From NCBI GenBank assembly GCA_037440005.1, contig JBBIUY010000015.1, forward strand, positions 1 through 62,308: a stretch of DNA of 62,308 nt, written 5' to 3'. How positions within the stretch are numbered: the first letter of the stretch is position 1; the number at the start of each line of letters is the position of its first letter. This document shows, one piece after another, positions 18,091-28,107 of this stretch. The position numbers were made by a program, and so were the translations under genes. A model generated the notes under the pieces. That model made no database searches. It was not told where the DNA came from and saw only the letters and a list, made by a program, of their open reading frames with translations. Source of the DNA: Armatimonadota bacterium (GTDB taxonomy: Bacteria; Sysuimicrobiota; Sysuimicrobiia; Sysuimicrobiales; Kaftiobacteriaceae).

Positions 18091-19449
18091 GTGCGTCACT
18101 GCGGCCCGCTGGAGTTCCCGCGCGGCTTCGTCTGGGGGACGGCCACCAGCGCCTACCAGGTGGAGGGGCACAACGTGCACGCCGACTGGTGGGAGTGGGA
18201 ACAGCAGCCCGGCCGCATCCGCGACGGCGACCGGTCGGGGGCGGCGTGCGGGTGGTGGGAACGCGCCGAGCAGGACTTCGACCTGGCGGCCCGCCTGCAC
18301 CAGACCGGGCACCGGCTGTCGGTGGAGTGGAGCCGCATCCAGCCGGCTGTCGACCGGTGGGACGGAGGGGCGCTGGAGCGCTACCGCCGGATGCTGGGGG
18401 CGCTGCGGGAGCGGGGGATCGAGCCCATGGTCACCCTGCACCACTTCACCAATCCGCGATGGTTTGCGGCCCGGGGCGGGTGGGAGGCGCCGGACGCCCC
18501 GGACCTGTTCGCGCGGTACGTGGAGCAGGTGGTCCCCGCCCTGGCCGAGTTCACGTCTTTGTGGTGCACCGTCAACGAGCCCATGGGATGGGTGTTCAGC
18601 GCCTACGCGGCGGGCCGGTGGCCTCCGGGTCACCGGTCGCTGCGGCGGGCCCTGCGGGCGGCCGCCGGGCTGGTGCGGGCCCACGCCGCCGCCTACCGGA
18701 TCATCCACCGGGTGCAGCCCCACGCCCGGGTGGGGTTCGCCAACTACTTCCGCCTGTTCGACCCGGCCCGGCCCACGGCCCTGGACCGGTGGGCCGTGGC
18801 CGTGCGCGACCGGTTGCTGAACTGGTCGTTCGTGCAGGCGGTGACCGAGGGTCAGGTGCGGGCGTTCCCGTGGCGCCAGCAGTTTCCCGCAGCCGCCGGG
18901 ACGCTGGACTTCATGGGCGTCAACTACTATACCCGCGACCTCGTGGCGTTTGACCTCCGCCATCCCCGGCGCCTGTTTGGCCGCCACTTCCACCCGCCCG
19001 GGTGCGAGATGAGCGACGGCGGGTACGGCGAGGTGTACCCCCAGGGCCTGTACCGGGTGCTGCGGGCCTGCGCGCGGTTGGGGGTGCCGGTGTTCGTGAC
19101 GGAGAACGGCATCCCCGACGCCGACGACGACCAGCGTCCGGGCTTCATCGTCCGCCACCTGGCCTGGCTGTGGCGCGCCGTGCAGGACGGGGTGCCGGTG
19201 CGCGGGTACTACTACTGGTCCCTGGTGGACAACTTCGAGTGGACGGAGGGGTGGAGCCTGAAGTTCGGCCTGGTGGCCGTGGACCCGCGCACCCAGGCCC
19301 GCACGGTGCGGCCCAGCGCCTGGGTCTACGCGCAGATCTGCCGCCAGGGAGCCCTCAGCGACGAACTCCTGCAGCGGTGGGGGGCTCCGTCGGTCCGGGA
19401 GGAGCGGGCCGGCGCTGTGGTCCCGGATCGGGGCGGTCGCCCGCCATGA
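18091..19449 (+). CDS. glycoside hydrolase family 1 (beta-glucosidase-like)
   Basis: FVWGTATSAYQVEG, TVNEP, VTENG, WSLVDNFEW. Confidence 0.92.
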   Translation: MRHCGPLEFPRGFVWGTATSAYQVEGHNVHADWWEWEQQPGRIRDGDRSGAACGWWERAEQDFDLAARLHQTGHRLSVEWSRIQPAVDRWDGGALERYRRMLGALRERGIEPMVTLHHFTNPRWFAARGGWEAPDAPDLFARYVEQVVPALAEFTSLWCTVNEPMGWVFSAYAAGRWPPGHRSLRRALRAAAGLVRAHAAAYRIIHRVQPHARVGFANYFRLFDPARPTALDRWAVAVRDRLLNWSFVQAVTEGQVRAFPWRQQFPAAAGTLDFMGVNYYTRDLVAFDLRHPRRLFGRHFHPPGCEMSDGGYGEVYPQGLYRVLRACARLGVPVFVTENGIPDADDDQRPGFIVRHLAWLWRAVQDGVPVRGYYYWSLVDNFEWTEGWSLKFGLVAVDPRTQARTVRPSAWVYAQICRQGALSDELLQRWGAPSVREERAGAVVPDRGGRPP

Positions 19450-19984
19450 CCTCCGCCACCCGGGCGGCGTAGGCCCGGCGGCTGGCGCGCAAATCCGGTC
19501 CGAGGATCTCCAGGACCGGGCGCGGGTCGGCCAGGTGCGGTCCCCCGCCCACGTAGGCGGGGTAGCTGGACCAGGGATAGTCGGCGGGGTGGGCCGCCAC
19601 CCCGGCGCGGACCGGGTTGAGGTGGACGTAGATGGTGGCCCCCAGCAGATACGCGTCGTCGCCGACGAGCCGGCTGCCGAAGCGCTCGCCGAACAGGTGG
19701 TGCATCCGCCCGTGGCGGCGGTTGAACTGACGGGCGTGGCGGGTGTGCAGCCACTGCATCACCTGCGAGACGTTCGGCTGCGTGGTCTGCAGGACCAGGT
19801 GGATGTGGGTGGTCATCAGGACGTAGGCCAGCAGCCGCGCTTCCAATCGCCGCACCGCCGTGGCCAGCAGGGTGAGGTAGCGGTAGCGGTCGACGTCGTC
19901 GGCGAACAGGGCGGTGCCGTTGTTGCCGCGGGCGGTGATGTGGTAGACGGCGCCGGCAAACACCGGCCGCGGAGGCCGCGACAC
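19355..19984 (-). mobile_element. REP-associated tyrosine transposase (RAYT, Y1 HUH family)
   Basis: YHITARGNN, YVLMTTHIHL (HUH), YVHLNPVRAG, YPWSSY; SD GGAGGAGAGG before GTG. Confidence 0.85.
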
Positions 19985-20029
19985 CCCTCTCCTCCCCGCC
20001 CCCGGCCCCCGGTCCACCCCCGAACCCCC

Positions 20030-20042
20030 GGTGACAGTCACC
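20030..20042. repeat. REP-like palindrome GGTGACAGTCACC upstream of RAYT
   Basis: 13-bp palindrome with the same core as the 53617-53845 array. Confidence 0.65.
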
Positions 20043-20138
20043 GCGGGGGGAAGTTGTCTTTTGTAGGACAGCAGAGGCGGCGTCAGGAGTCCAGCCGCTT
20101 CCTGAAGTCACGCCTGCTTGGGGGACTTGACAGAAGGC

Positions 20139-21209
20139 TTAGGCCCAGATGCCGGGGATGGTGGTTCCGCAGTCGGGGCAGCAGCCGGCGGGGCCCAGGC
20201 GGTTGCGGAGGATGAGGTAGCCCAGGCGCTCGACCAGCAGGGCGCCGCAGTGGTGGCAGAAGGTGTGGTCGTACCGGCCCACCCGGCCGGGGAGGTTGCC
20301 GGCGTAGACGTATCGCAGGCCGGCGGCCTCGCCGATGCGGGCCGCCCGCAGGAGCGTCTGGAGCGGGGTGCCGTCCCGGTCGGTCATCCGGTAGTCCGGG
20401 TGGAAGGCGGTGACGTGCCAGGGGATCAGGGGGGACACCGAGGCGAGGAACGAGGCGGCGGCGTGCAGCTCGTCGTCGCTGTCGTTGTAGCCGGGCACCA
20501 CCAGGGTCACCACCTCCAGCCAGAACCCCATCTCATACACCATGCGGATGGTGCGGGTGACGCTCTCCAGGGTGCCGCCCAGCAGCCGGTAGCGGCGGTC
20601 GTCAAAGGCCTTCAGGTCCACCTTGAAACAGTCGGTCCAGGGCCGCAGGTAGGCCAGGACTTCGGGCGTGGCGTTGCCGTTGCTCACATAGCAGGTGCGC
20701 AATCCGGCGGCCCGGGCGGTCCGGAAGATGGCCACCGCCCACTCGGAGGTGATCAGCGGCTCGTTGTAGGAGCTGCCCACCAGCGCCGCCCCCTCCCGCC
20801 GGGCCAGGGCCACCAGCTGCTCGGGGGTGACCGGCAGCGGCTCGGTGCCCGCCGCCGGGTCCCGCAGGGCCTGGGAGGTGATCCAGTTCTGGCAGTAGCT
20901 GCAGTGGAAGTCGCACCCCACCATGCCGAAGGTCAGCGTCTTCGAGCCGGGCAGGACGTGGAAGAAGGGCTTCTTCTCGGTGGGGTCGCACTGCAGCGCC
21001 GCCACGTACCCCCAGGGGACCCGCAGGACCCCGCCGTCGTTGAACCGCACCTGGCAGATGCCCCGCCTGCCCGGGAAGATGGTGCAGCGGTGGCCGCAGG
21101 CGTAACAGGTCACCTTGCCGCCGGGCAGCCGCCGGTACAGTTCGCCTTCGGCGGTGAGACGGTCCAGGACCTCGGCCAGGGTTGCAGACGGCGCCGTCGG
21201 ACCGGCCAT
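20139..21209 (-). CDS. amrS: AmmeMemoRadiSam-type radical SAM enzyme
   Basis: N-terminal CYACGHRC...C, DPTEKKPFFH, CDFHCSYCQNW, YNEP, YVYAGN, two C-terminal CxxC. Confidence 0.88.
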   Translation of the reverse strand: MAGPTAPSATLAEVLDRLTAEGELYRRLPGGKVTCYACGHRCTIFPGRRGICQVRFNDGGVLRVPWGYVAALQCDPTEKKPFFHVLPGSKTLTFGMVGCDFHCSYCQNWITSQALRDPAAGTEPLPVTPEQLVALARREGAALVGSSYNEPLITSEWAVAIFRTARAAGLRTCYVSNGNATPEVLAYLRPWTDCFKVDLKAFDDRRYRLLGGTLESVTRTIRMVYEMGFWLEVVTLVVPGYNDSDDELHAAASFLASVSPLIPWHVTAFHPDYRMTDRDGTPLQTLLRAARIGEAAGLRYVYAGNLPGRVGRYDHTFCHHCGALLVERLGYLILRNRLGPAGCCPDCGTTIPGIWA

Positions 21210-21225
21210 CGCCTTCCCTTCCATT

Positions 21226-22266
21226 CTACTGCCGGGCCGCGCCCGCGCCTGCCACCAGGCGGCGGTACACCTCCAGGTAGCCGTCCACCATCCGTTCGAC
21301 GGTGAAGCGCTCCTCCACCCACTGCCGGCACCGTCGCCGGTCCAGAGCCGCCACCTGGCTCACCGCCCGCGCCGCCTGCTCGACGTCCTCCACCACGAAG
21401 CCCGTCTCCCCGTGCCGCACCAGTTCGGGCACCGCGCCGCGGTTGAACCCGATCACCGGCGTCCCGGTGGCCTGGGCTTCCACCAGGGTGAGGCCGAAGG
21501 GCTCGGGCACCGTGGTGGGGTGCAGCAGGGCCAGGGCCCCGCCCAGCAGTCCGTCGCGCTCCGCGGGACCCACCTCGCCCACGAACTCCACGCCCGGCCC
21601 CAGCTGCGGCCTGATCATCCGGTCGTAGTACTCCCGCTCGTCGGGCGGGATGTAGGCCACGATCTTCAGCGGTACCCCGGCCCGGCGGGCGATGACGATG
21701 GCCAGGTGCACGCCCTTGGCGGCGGACATCCGCCCCAGGAAGACCAGGTAGTCGCCGGGATGCGGCCGGAAGGTGAACTGACCCAGGTCGATGCCGTTGT
21801 AGACGGTGGCCACGTAGTTGAGCTCGGGCAGACCGGTCCGCTCGGCGTTGCTGATGGAGACGTAGGGCAGGTGGCGGAACCGCCGGTACAGGGGATGGGT
21901 CCAGGGTTCCAGCAACGCCGAGCCATGCAGGGTGGTGACCACCGGCGTGGAGACCAGCGGGGCGAAGGCCAGCGGGTAGCAGTTGACGTGGTTGTGGATG
22001 ACGTCGAACTCCCGGGCGCGCTCGAAGCAGGCGCCACAGTGCAGGGTTTCGGCCACCCGCGGGTCCCAGGCGGGGTCCTCCCGGTACGGCGCGGGGACCG
22101 TGGCCACCAGGTGCGCGCGGGTGCGGGCCCGGTCGGTGGCGAACAGGGTCACGTCCACTCCCCGGGCCGCCAGGCCGTCGGCGAGGCGTCCGGCCACCGC
22201 TTCCCACGGACCGTATCCCCGCGGGGGGATGTTCCACGCGATGGGCGCGAGGATGGCGATGCGCAT
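21226..22266 (-). CDS. glycosyltransferase family 4
   Basis: PPRGYGPWE, FLGRMSAAKG, EPFGLTLVEAQATGTPVI. Confidence 0.9.
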   Translation of the reverse strand: MRIAILAPIAWNIPPRGYGPWEAVAGRLADGLAARGVDVTLFATDRARTRAHLVATVPAPYREDPAWDPRVAETLHCGACFERAREFDVIHNHVNCYPLAFAPLVSTPVVTTLHGSALLEPWTHPLYRRFRHLPYVSISNAERTGLPELNYVATVYNGIDLGQFTFRPHPGDYLVFLGRMSAAKGVHLAIVIARRAGVPLKIVAYIPPDEREYYDRMIRPQLGPGVEFVGEVGPAERDGLLGGALALLHPTTVPEPFGLTLVEAQATGTPVIGFNRGAVPELVRHGETGFVVEDVEQAARAVSQVAALDRRRCRQWVEERFTVERMVDGYLEVYRRLVAGAGAARQ

Positions 22267-22269
22267 GGG

Positions 22270-24381
22270 TTACAGCAGCGTCACCTCCTCTCCGGGGGCC
22301 AGCTCCACCAGGTGGCGGCGGCCGCCGGCCTCCACCACCCGCTGCAGCGGGACGGCCGCCGCGTTGGCCACGGTGCAGCGGGCCACCCGCCCGTCCTCCC
22401 ACTCCCCGCCGAGGACCAGGCCCTCCAGGTGCAGGCCGCGGAACCGGCCGGCGGGCCAGGGGGGAGCCTGCACCCGCACCACCGCGCCGACCCGGTGGGC
22501 CACCAGGGCGTGCAGGGCCAGACAGACGGCGGCCTGGGCGGTGGTGAAATACTGCATGTTCCACGACCCGTCGTCGGAGACTTTCTCGGGCAGGCCGCCG
22601 TGCGTGCAGACCGCCTGTTCCACCGGCTGCAGCACCGCCCACGCCTCCTCCGCCGCCCCGGCCGCCGCCAGGATTGCGGCCGCCCACCCCGCGGCCCACG
22701 GGAACCCGTCCCGGGGGCCGCGACCGGGCACGCCGTGGCCCACGATGCCGTGGCGGGGGTTGCGGGTCGCCGCCACAAACGCCCGGATGGTGCGCGGCAC
22801 CAGGGGGTCGTCGGGGGGAAAGATCTCCATCAGCGAGCAGGGGGACAGCACCCCCCAGGACAGTTCGCCCCGGTCGGTGGCGCGCAGGACGCCGTCGCTC
22901 ACCAGCGCGGCGAACCCCTCCCGCAGGCCGTCCGCCACCGACCGCCACAGCCCGGCCCGCTCCCTGTCCCTGCCCAGGACCTCCGCCGCGGCCGCCGCCA
23001 CCTGCAGCGCCCGCACCACCCCCGCCAGGGAGGCGGCGTCCACCGCCACCGGTTCGGCCAGTTCCCCAATCCCGGTGAGCGCTCGCAGCCGGGGCCCCGG
23101 GCGCACCACGCCGTCCAGGTAGAAGTCGGCGACCCCCGCCATCACCGGGTACAGGGTGCGCAGGACCTGCAGGTCGCGGGTCCAGCGGTACTGGTGCCAG
23201 ATCATCAGGCTGTAGGCGGCGTTGTTGTGCACCTGGTGGACCAGGTGCCGGTGCACCCCGTAGGCCGGGCGCCCGTCGTGGGTGATCTCCCACTCGTACT
23301 TCAGGCCGCGGGCGCCGTAGGCCCGGGCGGCCCGGGCCGCCGCCGGCCGCAGCCGGTCGAAGAACGCGCAGGCCCGGCTCGCTTCGTCCGGGTGGCCCGT
23401 CTGCAGCAGCGCCAGGTGCAGGAACGCCGCATCCCAGAAGACGTGGGACGACCAGGTGGCGCGGAGGTTGTTGACCGGCAGCGCTCCTGAGACCGGATGC
23501 TGCACCGCCCTGATCTGGTAGGCGGTCTGGGCGTACACCCGCGCCAGCGCCGGCGAGGGGACGTCCAGGCGCGCCGACCGGGCGTGGTAAGTCTCCCAGG
23601 CCGCCCGGTGCGACGCCCACAGGCCGGCGGCTCCCTCCCGGTCCACGATCCCCAGGACCCGGTCGAGCGCCGCTTCCAGGCCCGCCAGGGGCAGGCGCTC
23701 CTCGCGGTCGTCCACCACGATCAGATACCGCGTGATGCGAGGGCCGACCACGTCCGCCCACAGGGTCTCTCCTTGTGCGCCCCACCGCTGCGGCGAGGGA
23801 TCGGTGACCATGGCCACGGCCACCCGGGTGTCCCCGACGGCGAACAGGCAGACCGGGCGCGCCGACGGGTGGACCCGCGCGTCCCGGTGGGGCGGGAGGT
23901 CATCAGGCTCCGGCGCCCACGGCCCGGGAGCGGCGAGGAAGCGGACCGTCCGGGCGTCGGGGAACACGAACCGTTCCACCAGCACCGGCAGGTTTGCGTG
24001 CAGGAAGGTGGTCACCTGCACGCTCCCGCCCTCCACGCCGAGCCCGGTGGACAGGCAGGCGCTGTGCGGGTCAAACCTCTGGCGGCAGGTCAGCACCGCG
24101 CCGCCCGGGTCGTACCAGCAGCGGACCAGGGGCGCCAGCTCCCACCAGGGCTCGCCCGGCCGGGGACGGAATCGGGGGCCCAGCAGGATCCTCCGGTCCG
24201 GCGCCGGCAGGACCGGGACGTCGGGGGGATAGTAGCGGTCGGCCTTGTACCAGTAGCAGCGGTCGGGGCCGTGGATGCGCTCGGCCACCATGGACCCGGT
24301 GTAACCCACCAGGACCGCGTCCACCCCGTTGCCCAGGAACGCGTGGTAGTAGTCCGGCGGCAGCGGGGGGCGGGCGGTCAC
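22270..24381 (-). CDS. (alpha/alpha)6-barrel glycoside hydrolase, GH65/GH95-like
   Basis: FLGNG near N-terminus, HVFWDA, GARGLKYEWE, QVHNNA, YPVMAGVADFY; GTGA overlap. Confidence 0.7.
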   Translation of the reverse strand: MTARPPLPPDYYHAFLGNGVDAVLVGYTGSMVAERIHGPDRCYWYKADRYYPPDVPVLPAPDRRILLGPRFRPRPGEPWWELAPLVRCWYDPGGAVLTCRQRFDPHSACLSTGLGVEGGSVQVTTFLHANLPVLVERFVFPDARTVRFLAAPGPWAPEPDDLPPHRDARVHPSARPVCLFAVGDTRVAVAMVTDPSPQRWGAQGETLWADVVGPRITRYLIVVDDREERLPLAGLEAALDRVLGIVDREGAAGLWASHRAAWETYHARSARLDVPSPALARVYAQTAYQIRAVQHPVSGALPVNNLRATWSSHVFWDAAFLHLALLQTGHPDEASRACAFFDRLRPAAARAARAYGARGLKYEWEITHDGRPAYGVHRHLVHQVHNNAAYSLMIWHQYRWTRDLQVLRTLYPVMAGVADFYLDGVVRPGPRLRALTGIGELAEPVAVDAASLAGVVRALQVAAAAAEVLGRDRERAGLWRSVADGLREGFAALVSDGVLRATDRGELSWGVLSPCSLMEIFPPDDPLVPRTIRAFVAATRNPRHGIVGHGVPGRGPRDGFPWAAGWAAAILAAAGAAEEAWAVLQPVEQAVCTHGGLPEKVSDDGSWNMQYFTTAQAAVCLALHALVAHRVGAVVRVQAPPWPAGRFRGLHLEGLVLGGEWEDGRVARCTVANAAAVPLQRVVEAGGRRHLVELAPGEEVTLL

Positions 24382-26252
24382 CGTGCCCACCGGTCCCGGT
24401 GCAGGGCCAGGGCGGCGGCCAGCAGGCCGGCGCAGGTGGCAAAGGCGGCGCCGGTCTTCACCCGGCCGGTGTCGGCGTGCACCGTCTCGCAGGCCACCCC
24501 TCCGTCCATCTCCGCCTCCCGCAGCCACTCCAGCGCCTGGGCGCGTCCGACCAGCAGGTCGTTGGCGGCGGCCATCGGCCAGGGGTCCGGCGCGTGGGCG
24601 GAGGCGGGAGAACCGAACCGGCCCGGCGCGTACCACGGGTTGGCCGGCGAGCGGATCCAGGCCGCGGTGGCCTGATAGACCGGATCGTCGGGCGCGCAGA
24701 ACCCGTAGTAGGGGAGCAGGAGCAGGCTGCCCGGGGGGTTGTCGTAGAGCTGGTGAGCCCCCCGCCCGTCCACCGCCCAGGCGAAGAGAGGACCCGAGGG
24801 GCCGGGCACGACGCACGTGCTCCGGATGGCCCGGGCCAGGTCCTCCGCCGCCTGGCGGGCGGCGGCGGCCCGGCTCTGCCAGCCCAGCCGCTCGCACATC
24901 TCCGCCGCATCCACCAGCCCGCGCCAGGCCAGGACGTTGTCGTAGGTCAGGTACGGGTAGGTGACCGGATCGTCGGACGGGTCCAGGAAGGTGGCGTGCA
25001 GCCCGCAGTCCCCCCGGTGGGAGGCCAGCCGGTCCGGGTAGTCCCGCACGACCTGCCGGACGGCGGGGTCGTCCAGGATCGCGGCGTCGCCGGTGGCGCG
25101 CAGGTAGATTCCCAGCCCCACGGGGAAGGCCGCCAGTTCGTCCAGTTCGAAGCCGGGATAGATAACCGACCCGTCCAGGTACTGGGCGTGCATCCCCGCG
25201 TTGCGCCAGTGGGTCCGGCACGCGTACAGGACCACCTCCCGGGCCACCTGCCTGTCGGCCAGCAGCAGCCCCGGCAGGGACCACAAAAAGGCGTCTCGGC
25301 TCCAGAAAGCCCCGCACACGTAGTAGCGGGGGCTGCGGGAGGTGACCCACACCCACTGTTCGCTGTCGATGGTGCGGCCGCAGGCGAAGAAGCGGTTGAA
25401 CAGGAGGTTGAGGGTGTACAAACGCGCCAGCCGGTCCGACCCGGCGCCCTGAGAGGGAGCCAGCCGCCCGCGGGTCTCCGCCAGCAGCGCCTCCCACCCC
25501 CGCCGGCGCAGGTCCACGGCGGTGGTGCGCGCGCCGTCGGCCTCCGCGCCCACGCCGACGTAGCAGGCCAGGACCTCCCGCCGGCCGCGGCCCAGGCGCA
25601 GGGGGCGCACCAGGCGCAGGGACACCCGCCGGCGGGAGGACGCCACCTCCGGCCGCACCTCGGGGACCGGGTGCACGGCCCACGCCATCACCGGCAACGG
25701 GCCCAGGGCTTCCAGGCTGATGCCGCGCGTCCAGGGATCCACCCGCGCGACGGGAACAACGGGAAGGTCGCGGCCGGAGAACAGGGTGAACGTCGTCCGC
25801 TCCCAGGCGCCGGTCAGTCCCACCTCCGCCCGCAGGGGGCGGCGGGCCTCCACCTCCAGGACCACGACGATGCCTTTGTGCCCTGGGGGAGCCAGGACGG
25901 TTTCGGTCAGCGACAGGTCCGCCGACGACCAGCGAAACACGGGGATCCACCCGTCCACCCGCTCCCAGGACGGGTTCCGCAGCCGCCGGCCGGCCAGGTG
26001 CGGGCCCAGCAGGGGCGCTCCCGCCACGCCCACCAGGCCGCGGGCGGCGGCCGACAGGACCTGCAGGCTGCCGATGCGTCCGTCGGGCGAGAGGTCGGGC
26101 AGGGCCACGTAGTCGTTGGCGGTGGGGACGACCGGCGCAAACCGGGCCGGCAGCGGCCGCGTGAGGAACGGTTCGTCGGCCTTCCCGCCTTCCCGCGCGC
26201 CCGCCCGGATGGGTCGCGGGTCCGCGCGCCGGCGCGTCCGCCCGTCCCTCAC
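24378..26252 (-). CDS. GH125/GH15-like six-hairpin glycosidase (alpha-mannosidase-like)
   Basis: FWSRDA, FELDELA, PSDDP...YLTYDN, WPMA; start approximate (GTGA overlap). Confidence 0.7.
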   Translation of the reverse strand: MRDGRTRRRADPRPIRAGAREGGKADEPFLTRPLPARFAPVVPTANDYVALPDLSPDGRIGSLQVLSAAARGLVGVAGAPLLGPHLAGRRLRNPSWERVDGWIPVFRWSSADLSLTETVLAPPGHKGIVVVLEVEARRPLRAEVGLTGAWERTTFTLFSGRDLPVVPVARVDPWTRGISLEALGPLPVMAWAVHPVPEVRPEVASSRRRVSLRLVRPLRLGRGRREVLACYVGVGAEADGARTTAVDLRRRGWEALLAETRGRLAPSQGAGSDRLARLYTLNLLFNRFFACGRTIDSEQWVWVTSRSPRYYVCGAFWSRDAFLWSLPGLLLADRQVAREVVLYACRTHWRNAGMHAQYLDGSVIYPGFELDELAAFPVGLGIYLRATGDAAILDDPAVRQVVRDYPDRLASHRGDCGLHATFLDPSDDPVTYPYLTYDNVLAWRGLVDAAEMCERLGWQSRAAAARQAAEDLARAIRSTCVVPGPSGPLFAWAVDGRGAHQLYDNPPGSLLLLPYYGFCAPDDPVYQATAAWIRSPANPWYAPGRFGSPASAHAPDPWPMAAANDLLVGRAQALEWLREAEMDGGVACETVHADTGRVKTGAAFATCAGLLAAALALHRDRWAR

Positions 26253-27079
26253 TGCCTCAGCCCCGTCAGGGCGATGCCCTGGATGAACTGCTTCTGGAAG
26301 AAGAAGAAGGCGACGATCAACGGCGCCACGGCCACGGTGGCCCCCGCCATCTGCCAGTGGATGTTGGACATGTACTGCTCCGAAAACCGCTGCAGCCCCA
26401 CCGGGATGGTCCGGCTGCTGTCCGAGGACGTGACGATCAGCGGCCACAGGAACTCCTCCCAGTTGCCCACCAGGGTGAAGATGCCCAGGGCGGCCAGGGC
26501 CGGGCGGATCAGGGGCAGGACGACGGTCCAGAAGATGCGGACCTCCCCGGCGCCGTCGATGCGGGCGGCCTCGATGAGGTCGGTGGGGATGGTCTGGATG
26601 AACTGGCGCATCATGAAGATGCCGAAGGCGTCAAACAGCCAGGGGAACGCCACGCCCGGCAGGGTGTCGGTCAGGTGCAGCCGGATGCTGAGCAGGTACA
26701 GGGGGATCATGCGCACCTGGAAGGGCACCATCAGGCTGGCCAGCATGGCGACGAACAGCAGGTCCCGGCCCGGGAAGCGGAACTTGCTGAAGGCGTAGCC
26801 GGCCATGGCGCTGACCACCAGCACGCCGGTCACCACCATGGCCGCCACCAGGACGCTGTTGAGGAAGTAGCGGGCGAAGGGCAGCTGGGCGAACAGGACC
26901 ACGAAGTTGGCCAGGGTGGGGTGCGCGGGGATCCAGGTGGGGGGAATCCGCATGACCTCCGGCAGGGGCTTGAAGGCGCTGCTGACCATCCAGACAAACG
27001 GGACCAGCATGGGTACCGCCCCCAGGGTCAGCAGGGCGTAGACGGCGATCTTGACGGCGGGCCGGGCGGGCAGGTCCAC
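26249..27079 (-). CDS. carbohydrate ABC transporter permease
   Basis: EAA loop LIEAARIDGA, WEEFLWP. Confidence 0.92.
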   Translation of the reverse strand: MDLPARPAVKIAVYALLTLGAVPMLVPFVWMVSSAFKPLPEVMRIPPTWIPAHPTLANFVVLFAQLPFARYFLNSVLVAAMVVTGVLVVSAMAGYAFSKFRFPGRDLLFVAMLASLMVPFQVRMIPLYLLSIRLHLTDTLPGVAFPWLFDAFGIFMMRQFIQTIPTDLIEAARIDGAGEVRIFWTVVLPLIRPALAALGIFTLVGNWEEFLWPLIVTSSDSSRTIPVGLQRFSEQYMSNIHWQMAGATVAVAPLIVAFFFFQKQFIQGIALTGLRQ

Positions 27080-27089
27080 GGGGCCCTCC

Positions 27090-28067
27090 TCAGTACTCGA
27101 AGGGGCGCTGGATCAGACGCATCTGGATCAGGGTGACGGCGATGACCAGGAGCATCAGGACGAACGCGTTGGCGGCGCCGTAGCCCATGGCAAAGCGCTG
27201 AAAGGCGATGTCGTAGATGTGCAGGACGAACACCCGGGTGCTGTCCAGGGGGCCGCCGGGGGTGCGGGCCTGCAGCCCGCCGGCGCTCATCACGTAGGGG
27301 ATGGTGAACACCCGGAAGGCGTTGATGACCAGGATGACCACCACGAAGACCAGGGTGGGGTTGAGCAGGGGCAGGGTGATCTTCCAGAAGACCTGCCGGG
27401 GGGAGGCCCCGTCGATCCGGGCGGCGTCCACGAAGTCCTGGGGGATCGTCTGCAGGCCCGCCAGGAACAGCACCATGGCCTGGCCGATCTGCTTCCACAC
27501 CCCCACCACCATCACCGCGGGCAGGGCCCAGCGGGGATCGGCCAGCCAGGCCGGCCGCCCCAGCCCCAGCATCCCCAGGGCCCAGTTGACGATGCCGAAG
27601 GTGGGGTCGAACATCCACCGCCACACAAACGCCACCGCCACGGCGTTGGTGATCACGGGGATGAAGTAGACGGTGCGGTACAGCGCCCGCAGGCGGATCC
27701 AGCCGGCGTTGAGGAAGACGGCCACCGGCAGCGAGATGACCAGAATCGCCGGCACCACTCCCGCCGTCCAGGTGACCGTGACCCGCAGCGACTGCCAGAA
27801 CAGCGGATCGCCGGCCAGCCGCAGGTAGTTGCCCAGACCCACGTAGCGCTTGACGCCGAAAAACGGCCAGTCGTGCACCGACAGCCAGGCCGCCCAGGCC
27901 AGGGGGTAGGCCACGATCAGGACGAACAGGACCAGGGCCGGCAGGAGGAAGCCGTAGGCCCACAGGGCGTGGTGGACCGACGGGCGCAGGACCACCCGGG
28001 GGACGGCGGCGGCCGCCCCCCGGGCGCCCACGGTCCGTCCGGCCGAGGGGGGAGTGTTCCGGGTCAT
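27090..28067 (-). CDS. carbohydrate ABC transporter permease
   Basis: FLAGLQTIP...DAARIDGAS, MGYGAA. Confidence 0.92.
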   Translation of the reverse strand: MTRNTPPSAGRTVGARGAAAAVPRVVLRPSVHHALWAYGFLLPALVLFVLIVAYPLAWAAWLSVHDWPFFGVKRYVGLGNYLRLAGDPLFWQSLRVTVTWTAGVVPAILVISLPVAVFLNAGWIRLRALYRTVYFIPVITNAVAVAFVWRWMFDPTFGIVNWALGMLGLGRPAWLADPRWALPAVMVVGVWKQIGQAMVLFLAGLQTIPQDFVDAARIDGASPRQVFWKITLPLLNPTLVFVVVILVINAFRVFTIPYVMSAGGLQARTPGGPLDSTRVFVLHIYDIAFQRFAMGYGAANAFVLMLLVIAVTLIQMRLIQRPFEY

Positions 28068-28107
28068 GGCCTCCGGGTCGTCAGGCCGCGGTCCGGCGGC
28101 TTCGTCC

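Noticed and set aside
20139..21209. Radical SAM enzyme as part of the sugar operon
   Set aside because: It has its own TAGAAT -10-like box at the GT4 stop and belongs to a widespread family; linkage is probably incidental
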